Assembly: GCA_009602735.1 (NCBI GenBank)
Contig: WELA01001229.1
Span: 106,820 to 170,819, forward strand
Source of the DNA: Mesotaenium endlicherianum
Lineage: Eukaryota
Reading direction: 5' to 3'
Length of the DNA: 64,000 bases
Positions 13,412 to 25,806 of the stretch are shown piece by piece. Below the pieces are notes generated by a model. It was not told the DNA's origin, did no database searches, and saw only the letters and a list, made by a program, of their open reading frames with translations. Every line of letters begins with the position of its first letter. Positions within the stretch are counted from its first letter, which is position 1. A program made the position numbers and the translations under genes.

Positions 13412-13759
13412 CTTGCTCAATCATAAACACAATGCAGTTAGTGAAGTCATGATGTTTTGCCGCTACTGACTGCCCTTGATGAAGAGGAACGCGATCGGGA
13501 GAGTTCCTAGTGTGAAATACCTCGTGTGAGTGAACATAAGGGAAAATTGAGTTAGAGAGAAAGTAAGTGTGAACGCAGGTTGAGTGTGTAATATGGTTAT
13601 CAGAGTTTTTCCGGTTGATCTCGAAACAGAATACCACTCCCTCCAACTTAATTTTAAAATGGGGCTGCCTGTCACAACCGTCACTTACTGTCACATCCCC
13701 CTCCAACTTATATGGAGACAGGACCTCCTGTCACCTTCCCATGTCTACTGAAGGGACAG

Positions 13760-16700
13760 TTAGGGCGGTGCCCCCGCTGCCCGAAGGTGGAACCGTTTCA
13801 ACGCCCTTTTGGCATTGGTCAGCTGGTCTTTGAACTCCCAAGTGTCCCCAGAGGCATCGTAACCCTTCCAGCGGATGAGGTACTTTATGACATATTTAGC
13901 TGATCGACGGATCGAGCGAGCGTCTAAAATCTCATCAACCTCATATTCCTCAGGGTCGCCGTCCCGGACAGCGGGGACCGGTCCCGGTTGGACAGGTAAC
14001 CGACCTGTGAACAGTGTATCACGTTTGATGTATGGTTCCAGGAAGGAGACATTAAAGATCGGGTGACCCTTGTAGTCCGCTGACATGTTCAGTTTGTAAG
14101 CATTCTGACCGACACGACGTACCAGCGAATATGGACCGACCCATACAGGNATATGAACCGACCCATACAGGGCCAAGCTTTTTCTTGAGCACATCAGGGA
14201 GGTACAGGTGCTGAGAATGCAGTTTGACTAAATCGCCCTTAGAAAATGTCAGCTCCCGACGGTGATTAGCATATGTTTGTTGGTTTTCTTGGGCTTTGTG
14301 CAGGTTTTGTTGGACTTCTGACAGGGTGTCAGCAAACTCCTGAGTTAACTGGAGGGAGACCGGGTTGTCAATCCCTTCAGGGTCAGTTAAAGACTTTCCC
14401 AGTACATCTAAAGGAGACTTAGGGACTCTACCCAGGCTGAGTTCAAAAGGAGTCTTGCCCGTTGACGCGTGCACCGCACTGTTGACCGCAAACTGAATTT
14501 GAGGCAACAGGTCATCCCAATTATCTTGTTTCTGGTTAATATATGCTCTCAGCACCTCCTGCAGAACTCGGTTAGTTCTTTCAATCCGGCCATCAGTCTG
14601 AGGGTGGTTTGCTGTGCTGAGCAGCTGTTTGACTTCCATTAACCCCATTAAAGCTCTCCAGAACTTAGAGGTAAATTTTGAGTCTCGCTCTGAGATGATA
14701 TTAGAGGGTAGCCCATGTTGGCATACTACATGGTTGTAGAACTGTCTCGCTGTTTCGAGTGCAGTTGCTTTGACAGTTGTGGGGATGAAAATGACCATTT
14801 TTGTCAGTTTATCCACGACTACCAATATTAAATCATGCCCATTAGCAGTTCGTGGCAGTGTGACCACCCAGTCCATGAATATAGTTTCCCAGCGTCCCGC
14901 TGGGATGGGCAGCGGTTGCAAGAGACCTCCCGGTGGTGTGTGCCTAGACTTATTTCTCTGACACTGGTCACAGGACTTGACATATTTCAAGACCTCCCGG
15001 GGTAACCCCTCCCAATGATAATGTTTTGCCAGTTTACCAACAGTTTTGGCCTGCCCCAAATGCCCACCCAGTAAATTGTCATGCGCTTGACTCAGTAAGA
15101 GAGACCTTATTTTCAAGTTATTAGGAATGACCAGCTTCAGCCTTCCTGAAGTGGTTTCAGTCACCCAGACCCCTCCCTTAAGCTTATACCCGAGTGCGGT
15201 AGCACGACACATACCAGTAGTGGGGCTGGGCTCAAATGTTGGGTCAGAAAGGTAGGCTTTCCTAAGTTGTTCAAGGAAGGACTTTTTCACCTTTAGTGAA
15301 GTGAGTGCACACAGGACTTTATCTACAGCATGCTGACTAAAGTTCCTTTCTTGCAAGTCAGGTCTTCTAGAGAGTGCATCAGCAGGATTCAACTTCCCTG
15401 GTTTGTAGTCGATCTGGACTTGGAACTGCTCCAGCATCTGGCTCCAGCGGTTCTCCCTCCTCGACAGCTTGGACTTCTTCTGAAAGTGGGTCAGAGCTAG
15501 ATGATCTGTAATCACCTTAAAAGCTTTACCATGTAAGTATGCTCTCCACTGTTTGAGTACATGAATGATAGCTAGCAGCTCTTTATCATGCACTGAGTAA
15601 TTAATCTCCGCTGGATTAAATTTCATAGACTCATACAACACAGGATGCCACTCCTGCCGTACCTTACCATCCTTTGTGGTTTTGTCAGCAGGCTGCAACA
15701 AAATAGCACCCATGGCAAAATCAGAGGCATCAGTAACCACCTGCACCGGTTTGCTGGGGTCATACACGGCTAGCACTGGGGCAGAACAAAGGGCATCTTT
15801 AAGGGTCTGGAAGGCAGCCTGCTGCTCTTCCCCCCACACATACCCGATGTCTTTCTTAGTAAGGTCAGTCAGTTTACTGGCCTTTGTGGAATAATTCTCA
15901 ATAAATCTCCTATAGTAGTTAGCCAACCCGAGGAAGGATCTAACTTCAGAGACAGACTGTGGTACTGGCCAGTCCCTTATGGTCTGGACTTTCTTAAGGT
16001 CCACACTGATGCCCTCTTTACTGACAACGTGGCCTAAGCATTCAATACTTTCCTTAAAGAAATCACACTTGCTCATTTTAGCATATAACTGATTTCTTCT
16101 CAAACTGTCCATAACTGTCTTTAAGTGTTCAGGGTGCTGAGTCTCATCTTTAGAGTAAATTAAAATATCATTCAGGAAAACTTGCACAAACTTATCCTTG
16201 TAAGGTCTGAAAATGTCATTCATAGCACCCATGAAGGTAGCAGGAGCATTAGTCAGTCCAAATGGCATCACGTTGAACTCATAGTGTCCATAACGTGTGC
16301 GGAAGGCAGTCTTGTGTTCATCCCCCTCAGCAATTCTGATTTGATGATAACCACTCTTGAGATCTATCTTACTGAACACCTTAGCACCAGACAGGGTATC
16401 AAGCAAGTCGTCTATTCTGGGTAAAGCATACTTGTTCTTTACTGTAATTCTGTTCAGGGCTCTGTATTCCACACATATCCGCATACTGCCATTTTCTTAA
16501 CAAATAGGATGGGTGCGCCGTAAGGTGATTTACTAGGGGAAATATAACCATTTTTGTTAAGCTCTGCAATCTGTGTTTTCAACTCCTCGCACTCCATATA
16601 AGACAAGCCATAAGTGCGTTGCCAGGGTGGCTGACTTCCAGGTAATAAATCAATCCTATGATCTACTTCCCTTTAAGGGGGTAGTCCTGGAGGCATATTA

Positions 16701-17584
16701 AATACATCCGTGTACTGAGCAACAATTTTCGCAGCAGTAGGGTGCTCCTGAGGACTTACCTTTTTCTCCACCACTTCTTCAGGTTGAGGAGGTACCTCTT
16801 TTAGCAGCAGACATAACATTCTGTCTTCCTTCTGGTTCCAGCTTTTGACGAACTCCATTGCATTCAGCAACTTGCATCCTTCTGGAAGCCTCTTCTTTTC
16901 CTTCATTTGCCATCCACACAGGACAAGAGGAAAAGCACTGGTGGGTGCCAAGTCAGTCTGCCCATCACTGGCTCCTCTCACTTTAACTGTACCTCTGCTC
17001 CAACACACTTCAGCTTGATGTCTATTAAGCCAGGACCTGCCTAGCACGAGATCATAGAAGCCAGTGTTGAGTACCTCAAATGTAAGCGTTTCAGTTAGAA
17101 TTGCAATGCCAGAACCCAATCGGACCTCAATAGGCTTGGTTATAACTCCTCCCGGGATACTTGAGGCATCTCTAAGGAGCATTTTTCTATTCTTTTGGGT
17201 GACAGTAGGCAACCTTAGCCGCTTAACTAAGTCCTTGTGGATAAAAGTATGTGACGCCCCTTCGTCAACAAATGCCCTCACCTTCCTACCTGCAATCATG
17301 CAATGCAGTAGGATAGGGGGGACTGTCTTTTCTTGACTTTCGCATTGTTCTCCTGACTAAGCAAAGAAATGTTGGACATCAGGTGGAACAAGAGCATCCA
17401 GAGTGTGCACTCTCTGGATGTCTATATTGCTGATGGTCTCCTTTATCTGGTTGTCAGGCATGCATAGTGAATCCAGTTCAGCAGGACCCATAATACCTGC
17501 TACGAGGGCAGCTAGTGACGACTCACTATCTCTAGCATCCTCACAGTCAGTAGACTGGATTACTGACTGTTGTTGTCTTTTAAA
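13760..17584 (-). pseudogene. pol: A2 pol: protease-RT-RNase H-integrase-chromodomain (disrupted)
   Basis: ORFs 16673-17299, 14052-16484 and 13760-14194. RT motif reads FLNDILIYS (catalytic D changed to N versus A3). Chromodomain [19 protein letters not shown]. Confidence 0.93.
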
Positions 17585-18810
17585 GGCTGGTCTTTTCTCT
17601 CAACTTTTGGAAGGTGCTTGTCTGGACACTGCTCTCTGAAGTGACCTGACTGCTGGCATTGGAAGCAAATCGATTTTGCTGAGGCTGGTCTCGGCTTAGT
17701 CCTACCACCACCTCTTCCATAGCCGCCTCGAGAGAATCCACCTCTACCTCTGTATGGCATTATACTCAAACTCATATCCATCACCCTGATTATCCTCAGC
17801 CTGGTCTCCTTCAATTGCATTGTAGGAACCGTGGGGCTTTTTGACAATCTTAGACACCAAAGCATTACTCTGGCGCTTGTGATTAAACTGCTGCTGATCC
17901 CAGGCATCAGCATCGTGGATCAAGTCAGCCAGTTGCTCATACTTCTTCTCAGCAAAATGACCAGAGACTTCGGATTTCAAGCCATACCCGAAGTATGCTA
18001 TCTTATACCGTTCTGGCAAGTCTGGCTGCTTCATCATGTTCTCCTGGAACTTTTGAGCAAACTCAGCAACTGAAGTGGTCTGCTTCAGTGTGAGAGAGAT
18101 CGTCGCATAGATACCTTTCTCCTGCTGGTTGATGACATCAAACTTCTCATGCAACTTCTTGACAAACTCTACCCACGTAGGGTCACCGAGTTGCCGAGCC
18201 TTACGCTCTCCTTTCCAGTAAAGCCACCAGTCTGCGGCACTGCCTTTCAGTAGCGCACCGGTGTGCCTGACCTTCTCGTAATCTTGCAGTTCTGGGTAGT
18301 TCTCCAGCCACTGCTCAACATCCGCGAGAAACTTGATCAAGTAATATTTTCTGTTTTCCTCAGGATCATATTCCTGGGGAAATTTCGGCTTGGGTTTACT
18401 GGGCCCTCGGCCACCACTCCTAGTGGTTTGAGACCCCAGTTGATCTCTGTCCCGCAGTAGAGACATTATGATTCTTTTGTCCTCCTGTTGGGACTGATAC
18501 ATGGTCGCAGAGTCGTGCTCCCCCCTCCCCCGCCCCCCCCCACCCCCCACCCGCCTCTCTCTCTCTCTCNNNNNNNNNNNNNNNNNNNNNNNNNNNNNNN
18601 NNNNNNNNNNNNNNNNNNNNNNNNNNNNNNNNNNNNNNNNNNNNNNNNNNNNNNNNNNNNNNNNNNNNNNNNNNNNNNNNNNNNNNNNNNNNNNNNNNNN
18701 NNNNNNNNNNNNNNNNNNNNNNNNNNNNNNNNNNNNNNNNNNNNNNNNNNNNNNNNNNNNNNNNNNNNNNNNNNNNNNNNNNNNNNNNNNNNNNNNNNNN
18801 NNNNNNNNNN

Positions 18811-18850
<40 letters not shown>

Positions 18851-19361
18851 GCGACTGCATTTGAACGAACAATGCTCCCAAGTCTACACTTTGGAGTGGT
18901 AGTCTAGCAAATGCAGCAGCAGCATTGGCATCTACTCGCTGAGTAGTGTCCTCAACAGTCCCTCTCGCTCCTGCAGCAGCAATTCCTGCCGCATTCAGCC
19001 GGTCACGTATTCGACCTAGGGGTACAGCAGGAGGTGGGTTCAGAACATTGGCCCTTGTTGCCATAAGTTCTTCAACAGTGCGCTCGTCAGGTGGCTGTCT
19101 TTCCCTCCTTTCTGTATCTTCAGCGGCCTTTGCTAATGTTTCAGTTTCTAATCTGGCTCTCTCCTCCTCAGCTTGCTGTGCTGCGATTGCGGCAATAGCA
19201 GCTGCCTCATCAACAGCCTCTCTAGCTGCAGTATCTGCCACTGCTTCAGAATAGGTACGGGTTCCGCCCGCTACATGGCTTTCCGCCTGGTTTTCGACAT
19301 TCTCGTTGACCTGGTTCTCCATGTCTCGGGAGTTGCTAGTTTGAGACCTTGTCCTTCCCAT
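17560..19361 (-). pseudogene. gag: A2 gag (frameshifted; interrupted by a microsatellite and an N gap)
   Basis: Homologous to 52046-53524; CCHC knuckle CFQCQQSGHFREQC. Confidence 0.88.
18520..18850. repeat. Poly-C/(TC)n microsatellite flanking an assembly gap
   Basis: Directly visible; N run at 18570-18810. Confidence 0.9.
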
Positions 19362-19395
19362 ACAAAGAAGATTGTGATAACTGCTCCGATACCAC

Positions 19396-20115
19396 TGAAA
19401 TGAATCGACTTACCAAATAGGCGATTAACAATCAATAAAGATCTTTATATCAGCAAGTAATATTTATGGATTTTCCGTTAACTGATTAAACGGCAAAAGG
19501 ACAACACACTCGCAGTGAACAACACTCGTAAATCAAATGCGAGTAAACTAGCATCAATAATGCACTCAGTAAAATCATACATAAGCAAGGTTAGAAGACA
19601 GTGCGTATCAATGGCTTCTCGCCTTGGATTCGGATCGCTCTCAGTAAGCTGTACAAGAGAGTTGGCCTCGTTTCCGAATGCCGAACTCGAGAGCAATGCC
19701 TAGCATATGTACATGGAATGAGTTTACTGTTCAAGGGCCAGTGCGATGGCACCGCCTACCCGAGAGTTAACCACGTTGGTAGGACCTCGGTTAACCAAAT
19801 CCACCGCCATCTCCCATCATCCCGAATCGACATCCATCATAGGGATGTCACCTGGCCATTCATCTAGCATACCACACTTAGATGCATATCGAGGCAGTTC
19901 GCTGTTATCGAGTACGGAAGTCAGCTGGCTGTCAAAGAATGTGTCAGCAAGCTGACTTAAGCTGACTTCAGTCTGCTGCTTTCGGCTGAGTCATTAAACT
20001 GATATTAAATATAAAGTCCAGCAGACTGATTATTAACTAGAGTTCAGCAGGCTGAACTTATTTAACTGTTATATTTAAATGAATATTATATCAACTAATA
20101 TACCGATTCATTACA
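19396..20115 (-). repeat. A2 5' LTR
   Basis: Adjacent to PBS TGGTATCGGAGC. Confidence 0.93.
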
Positions 20116-20120
20116 AATGG

Positions 20121-21990
20121 AGACAGCGAAACAGGTGGAGGTAGATACGATCACAAGTAACTGTCTTCTGTCGAGCCTGCAAGTTAAGAAGCTATGCAGG
20201 ACGAATCAGGTGAAGGAGATGTACCTTGTTTTGGTGGCTCTGGCCAAGTCATCAGACGAAGCAGGCGTGAATCCTAACAGCCTGGGCAAATGTACATCGC
20301 CGGAGGAGCAAGTGGTGTCTGATCCCCTTGCTCAGAAGGAGCAGAGCCCAACTGCTCATGAGAAGAAGCCTGCTGAGATGCCTGCCCAAATAAGGCGCTG
20401 TTGGAGGAGTTCAAGTGCGTTTTTCCTGAGGAGCTACCTGCAGAATTACCTCCACAGAGAGCTATGGAGCACAAGATCCAGATGAAACCAGGGAGCAAGC
20501 CACCAGTGAGACCCGCCTATCGTCAATCGTTTGCGGAGTTGGATGAGTTGAAGAAGCAGCTGACAGAGTTGTTGGAGAAGGGATTTATCTGACCTAGCGA
20601 GTCTCCATTTGCAGCGCCAGTCTTATTTGTGAAGAAGAAGGATGGGACTATGTGTGTCGACTATCGGGCGCTGAACAAGGTCACCATCAAGAACAGGTCC
20701 CCACTTCCACGAGTGGACGAGTTGATTGACAGGCTTGCCGGGGCGAAGTATTTTTCGAAGATCGATTTGAGGAGTGGCTATCACCAGGTACGGATTGCGG
20801 AAGGAGACGTTCAGAAGACTGCTTTCAGGACTCGCTATGGTTTGTTCGAGTTCACAGTCATGCCTTTTGGGTTGACTAATGCACCTGCTACATTCATGGG
20901 GCTCATGAATAGTATCTTCAGACCCTGTTTGGACCAGTTTGTGGTGGTATTTTTGGAGGACATCTTGATCTATTTGAAGACCTTGGAAGAGCATGTGGAG
21001 CATCTGAGGAAGGTGTTGGAGGTCTTGAGAGATCAGAAGCTGTATGGGAAGATAAGCAAGTGCGACTTCTGTCTCAAGGAAGTCGAGTTTCTTGGACATA
21101 TAGTGGGAGCTGAAGGAGTCATGGTGGAGCAGAAGAAGGTGCAAGCAATTAGAGATTGGCCGGTACCTGCTGATATTCGACAACTCAGGAGTTTCCTCGG
21201 CATGGCGAATTATTATTGACGTTCCATTGAAAGATTTGCCAAGGTGTGTGCACCGCTGACGGACATGTTGAAGAAGCAGGAGAAGTGGCTATGGGGTGAC
21301 AAGGAGTAGCAAGCCTTCGAGAAGATTAAGGAGCTGTTGACACAGGCACCTGTGTTCGCATTGCAAGTCCAGAGCTTCCTTTCACCATCATCACGGATGC
21401 ATCAAATTTTGCTGTGGGAGCCATTCTTCTCCAGGATCAGGGCAAAGGATTGCAGCATGTGGCATATGAGAGCAGGAAGCTGAGTCCTGCGGAGCAGAAC
21501 TATGCAGCACACGAGCGGGAGATGTTGCCTATTATCCAGGCTTTGAGAATTTGGCGATGTTAAGTGGACGGCCGGAAGGTGTTCATCAAGACCGACCACA
21601 AGAGCTTGGAGAAGTTTATGACGCAGCCAACATTGACACTAAGACAGGCAAGGTGGATGGAGTTCTGCAACAGTTTGACCACAAGATTGAGTATTTACCT
21701 GGGAAGACCAAACCTGCAGACGCTTTTATCCAGGAGGTCTGACCTTGCAGCTGTCTCGGTCATCAAGGAGAATATGGACTTCAAAAAGAAGCTTCAGAGA
21801 GGTTATGAGGAGGACCAGAATTTGGAGTATGAAGTGGAGGCGATTGTCGGCGATTGAAGAGTCAAGCGAGGTCAACGATTTGTCCAAGAGTATCTGGTCA
21901 AGTGGAAAGGCTACCATGCGGACAACAACACTTAGGAGCCGGAGGCCAACTTGACTCATCGTAAGAGTAAGTTGAGATGTTATCTGCAGA
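20121..21990 (+). pseudogene. pol: C1 pol remainder: RT, RNase H, chromodomain; integrase core deleted
   Basis: [24 protein letters not shown] and TDASNFAVG motifs. RNase H is followed almost directly by YEVEAIV..YLVKWKGY. Confidence 0.85.
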
Positions 21991-22027
21991 ATGCGTCGAG
22001 GATGTCACATCCTGAGGAGGGGGATGA

Positions 22028-22762
22028 TGTAAGGTCACAGGTTTATAAAGTGCATGTTGAGTTTCATGAAAGTATGTTTTGATTGTATAGTAGTGTAGAA
22101 TGCATTTTTTTGATCATTTTGATGTAAAGTTCATCGAATTTGGTCAAGTATTGAAAGTTATGGATTTCCGAAGTTTAATTAGTTTTGAGGTCGGTCGACG
22201 ACTGTCCTTAATTCGCGGTGAGCGCGACCGTTGGATTGACTAACAGCGTCGAGCGATCTGGCTCGTTAGAGTGAACTCGAACCTTCACGTAAGTTCGGCT
22301 GACGCGGAGTGCCGACTAGGTCAATTTACCTAGAAGTTTCGGTTTAGCCTATCGCGTCTAAGATATAATATTCTAGTAATGTCGATGCATGTATGTGGAC
22401 GTCAATTCGGCCCGACACGTCAGATGAGACTGATCTGGCTTACTCACAAATATTCTGGAAGGGACGATTTGACGAACACTTAGGAAAATCCGTAGCTTCC
22501 TCCTAGAGAGGAGCACTTAGGCAAAAAATTATAAATAGGCATAACTTCTCTGTTTCTTATCAATTTTCACTTCTGTAAATTTCTACGGGTTTGTAATGAC
22601 GAGGCCTTTCATCCTACATCATTTGTGAGCAGTTTCTTGTTACTCAAAATATTATTTCCTAAGCTTTCTTAGTGATATGCCGCTGCACTCTTTAGTAAGA
22701 TTGCAACTAGTTTCTTTCCTTGTGAGTCAATACGCTTTCATTAGGGCACTTTGCCCCCTTCA
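22028..22762 (+). repeat. C1 3' LTR
   Basis: Direct repeat of 8939-9675, preceded by the PPT. Confidence 0.92.
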
Positions 22763-23735
22763 TGGAGAATAGTTGGCTGGCGGCGCACTACCTTGACAAA
22801 GTTCAGAGAAAGTTGAGACGCTTCCATGCCTTTAACCCCCATCTTGGACCAGATCCAAGTCTCTCTAGTAGAAGCGCATAGGCTTTAAGGAGGCAGCCTG
22901 CCACCATCAAGACGCAGCAGAAGACCCCTTGGAGGCAGGCTGCAAGAACCAGAAAGAGAAAAAATCGACATTAGACACTCTTCTCTTCTCGCAGTTTTTG
23001 GACAGCAAAATAAAATTGATACTGTTGATAGGTCTTTGCATATTCAGTTCTGAAATTTTACCTGGGTGTAGTCCATGAGTAGCCGGTCATTAGGGTCCAA
23101 GTTTGCTCAATTTGGAGCACTGATCAGAGGGATATGATACTCTGAGTAGAAGGAGGTCAGGCTGCTGGCATTATTAGGGCAGAATATGCCTCCTGACATT
23201 GTGCCCTCCCCTGAATTTGGAATGCTTTGAAACTGAAAACTAAGGTAGACGATCTTACTGCGCCCATTTAGAAATTAACTTTGCAAAATTTGGAGAAGTA
23301 TACGAGGACTTATGATTTTCAGAAGTTCCCGCACTGATTTGGAGGAGTACCTACTCTCTGTGCTCTTTACGACACTCCAAAGGTTGGAATGCTCTCAAAT
23401 TTGATGACCTGGTAGATTTCTTTGACGCGCTCCGTTTGGCACTAGAATTTTTCAATTTGGAGCAGTTCTGTGAATGTAAGAATTTTTGAATTTGTGGCAG
23501 ATTCTGGGCCAACTTGTACTCTTTTCCTTATCATCAAGGAGTAGGCTAGCCAATAGGGTCACACCACCCACGACCTTGCCTAGTCTACCTTACATGTGTA
23601 GCACCTGACTTGGCGCCTTTGAATAACCCTCTTCACATGTGTGGCACCTGACTTGACCCTGTTGACTAGTCTGCTCCATATGTGTAAGACCTGACTTGAC
23701 GCGCCGAGACGTCCCTTTTTCCGTCGGGGAAGTGA

Positions 23736-24238
23736 TGTAGTGATTTGAGTCATAATACATTAGTTTACTTTTATTTTTATGCTTTTGAATATATTTAAAG
23801 CAGTATTGTGTGGATTCAAGTGTGAATAGATACTCTAGTGACTTGGTTCATGTCCTTTGAACCTTCTAAGGCAATTGTTGAAGTCAGAAGAAGGACCTAG
23901 AAGCACTCCATGTGGCAAAATTCAAATGTGTCATTTTTAGATGAAAAGAACATGTGTACATAATTCTAGAAAGAGATGGCAAGTTTTGGGATGTATTGGG
24001 TGCCAACACATCAACATGCACCTTTTTAGAATTATTTATGTGGCAAGTAAATAAACAAGAGCTAGAACATAGAAAGGCAATCCAGAAGCACTCTTGTACT
24101 TGCCAAATTCCAGAAATATATTAACATTCAAGAAGCCATTTCTCATTCAAGAAGCTACCACTCGTGTTCAAAGATCCTTCTCTTGAATAGATAAAGTATT
24201 GTATTTTACTAAGTACTTTATCTATCTATTTCACTACA
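23736..24238 (+). repeat. B1 3' LTR
   Basis: TGTAGTGA...TCACTACA, followed by TSD GCTAT. Confidence 0.92.
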
Positions 24239-24727
24239 GCTATGCTTCTAAATGTGGTGTGCTAGATGAGTGGCCAAATGACACCCTTGAGGTGGATGGC
24301 GATTCAGGATGGGAGATGGTTGTGGATTTGGTTAGCCGAGGTTCTACCAATGTGGTTAACTCCCGGGTAGGCGATGCCATCGCTCTTGCCGTTGAACAGT
24401 AAACTCATCCCATGTACATATGCTAGGTATTGCTCTCGAGTTCGGCATTCGGAAATGAAGCCAACTCTCTTGTACTGCTTACTGAGAGATATCTGAATCC
24501 AAGACGAGAAGCCGTTGATACGCACAGTCTTCTAGCCTTGCTTATGTATGAGTTTACTGATTGCATTATTGATGCTAGTTTACTTGCATTTGACTTACGA
24601 GTATTGTTTGCTGCTAGAGTGTTGTCTTTTGCTGTTTAATCAGTTAACAGAAAATGCCATAACAATTACTCGCTGGTATAAATATATTTATTAATTGTTA
24701 ATCGCCTTGGTAAGTCAATTCATTTCA
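24239..24727 (+). repeat. Distal part of the A0 3' LTR
   Basis: Reverse-complement homology to family A LTRs; continues the 3509-3752 piece. Confidence 0.88.
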
Positions 24728-25806
24728 CAATGGAACGATACGAACAGAAAGGTAACTTGAGGTACTTTAATTGCGCGCCAATTGTACTTATACACCTTCA
24801 AACTGATAATTCCGGTTGCATTCCGCGACGTGTCCCACGCGCCGCATCCAGCCACGTGGCGGACCGTTACATTTGCTCTTTTTCTCCTTCGCTCCCTTCT
24901 GGCAAATGTGCGAGGCAAGAATGAGGGCAGAGTGTGCGAGGCTCGTGCCTATCTCAGGCACTACGCAAGCACGTCCCTTTCGGGAGTATCGTGTCTAAGT
25001 CACAGCTGCATGCATGCATGTTCCACCTCGTGGGTGTCATTGCATGTCTTAAGCTATGTCGCATCACTCAGTCTGCATGCAGGCCTCGTGACGGTTGCGT
25101 GACGGCTTAATTTTCCAGTCAGTGCACGCCTATGTGGCCATCAGGCCCACGACTCGTGAAGTGGCATCTCGGCAGTGGCTGCCGAGTTTGGCCCGCTTAC
25201 CCAGCGTGGCCTGACTTGTTCAGTGCTAAGCTTGCTGCTTGGTCAGCTTGTTTGACCTGGTAGCTGCTGACATGGACCTTTTGAAGGTCTTAGTGGGGTC
25301 AGCTTCCCAGATGATCGGGCTGTCGAATCCCACCCACTACTGAGTGTCGGTTTTGACCCATTGTAGGCACTCTTTCGTGTGACTTTGACCTTGACTCTCA
25401 AATGCTCTTTGCACAGATCAGCAATTTAGTCAGCCGGTCAACGCTGACTCTCCGTACCTGAACGGCCATGACTTGCGTCATGCGTGCTGCGCCGTCAAAC
25501 TTAGAGCAGTCGCCACACTCGGCCCGTTTCAGTTCCCCCGAATTATAAACATTAGCGCAGTATTCCACAAGCGCGTGCCTGCGCGAGTAGAAGGAGGCGC
25601 TAGCGAAGCTACCATGTTGCACCATGTGACAAATGGAGGACGTAGCTAGGTCCAATGCCCGGGAAGTTGGGGATCTGCGCTCGTTTGCTCTGGTCTGCTT
25701 GGCCTCGCTAGCTTCCCCATTCTGATCGGCCTTAGACAAGCACTTCTTATTAATTCTGCATGACACACGAATTATAAGACTTCCACTTCAGCATAGCCAG
25801 TCTGTA

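Larger units (their letters stand above)
10915..20115 (-). mobile_element. Family A chromovirus, full-length copy A2 (degenerate)
   Basis: TSD AATGG at 10910-10914 and 20116-20120; LTRs 10915-11631 and 19396-20115; PBS 19383-19394; PPT 11632-11644. Confidence 0.95.
8939..22762 (+). mobile_element. Ty3/Gypsy chromovirus family C, copy C1 (degenerate, interrupted by A2)
   Basis: TSD TGGAG at 8934-8938 and 22763-22767; LTRs 8939-9675 and 22028-22762; degenerate PBS TTGTATCGGAGC at ~9678-9689; PPT GAGGAGGGGGA at 22014-22024. Confidence 0.92.
3753..24238 (+). mobile_element. Ty3/Gypsy chromovirus family B, copy B1 (degenerate, interrupted by C1)
   Basis: TSD GCTAT at 3748-3752 and 24239-24243; LTRs 3753-4254 and 23736-24238; PBS TGGTATCAGAGC at 4256-4267; G-rich PPT before 23736. 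Confidence 0.93.
2706..24727 (+). mobile_element. Family A relic A0 (3' part: ORF3 end, PPT, 3' LTR split by B1)
   Basis: ORF3 homology at 2706-3396; PPT AAGTTGGAGGGAT at 3496-3508; LTR 3509-3752 resumes at 24239 and ends ...CATTTCA at 24727. Confidence 0.85.

Noticed and set aside
13625..13650. PPT directly followed by GTGGTAT (PBS-like) in A2, as if an LTR had been excised
   Set aside because: Only 6 nt match the PBS and it is absent from A3; insufficient support.
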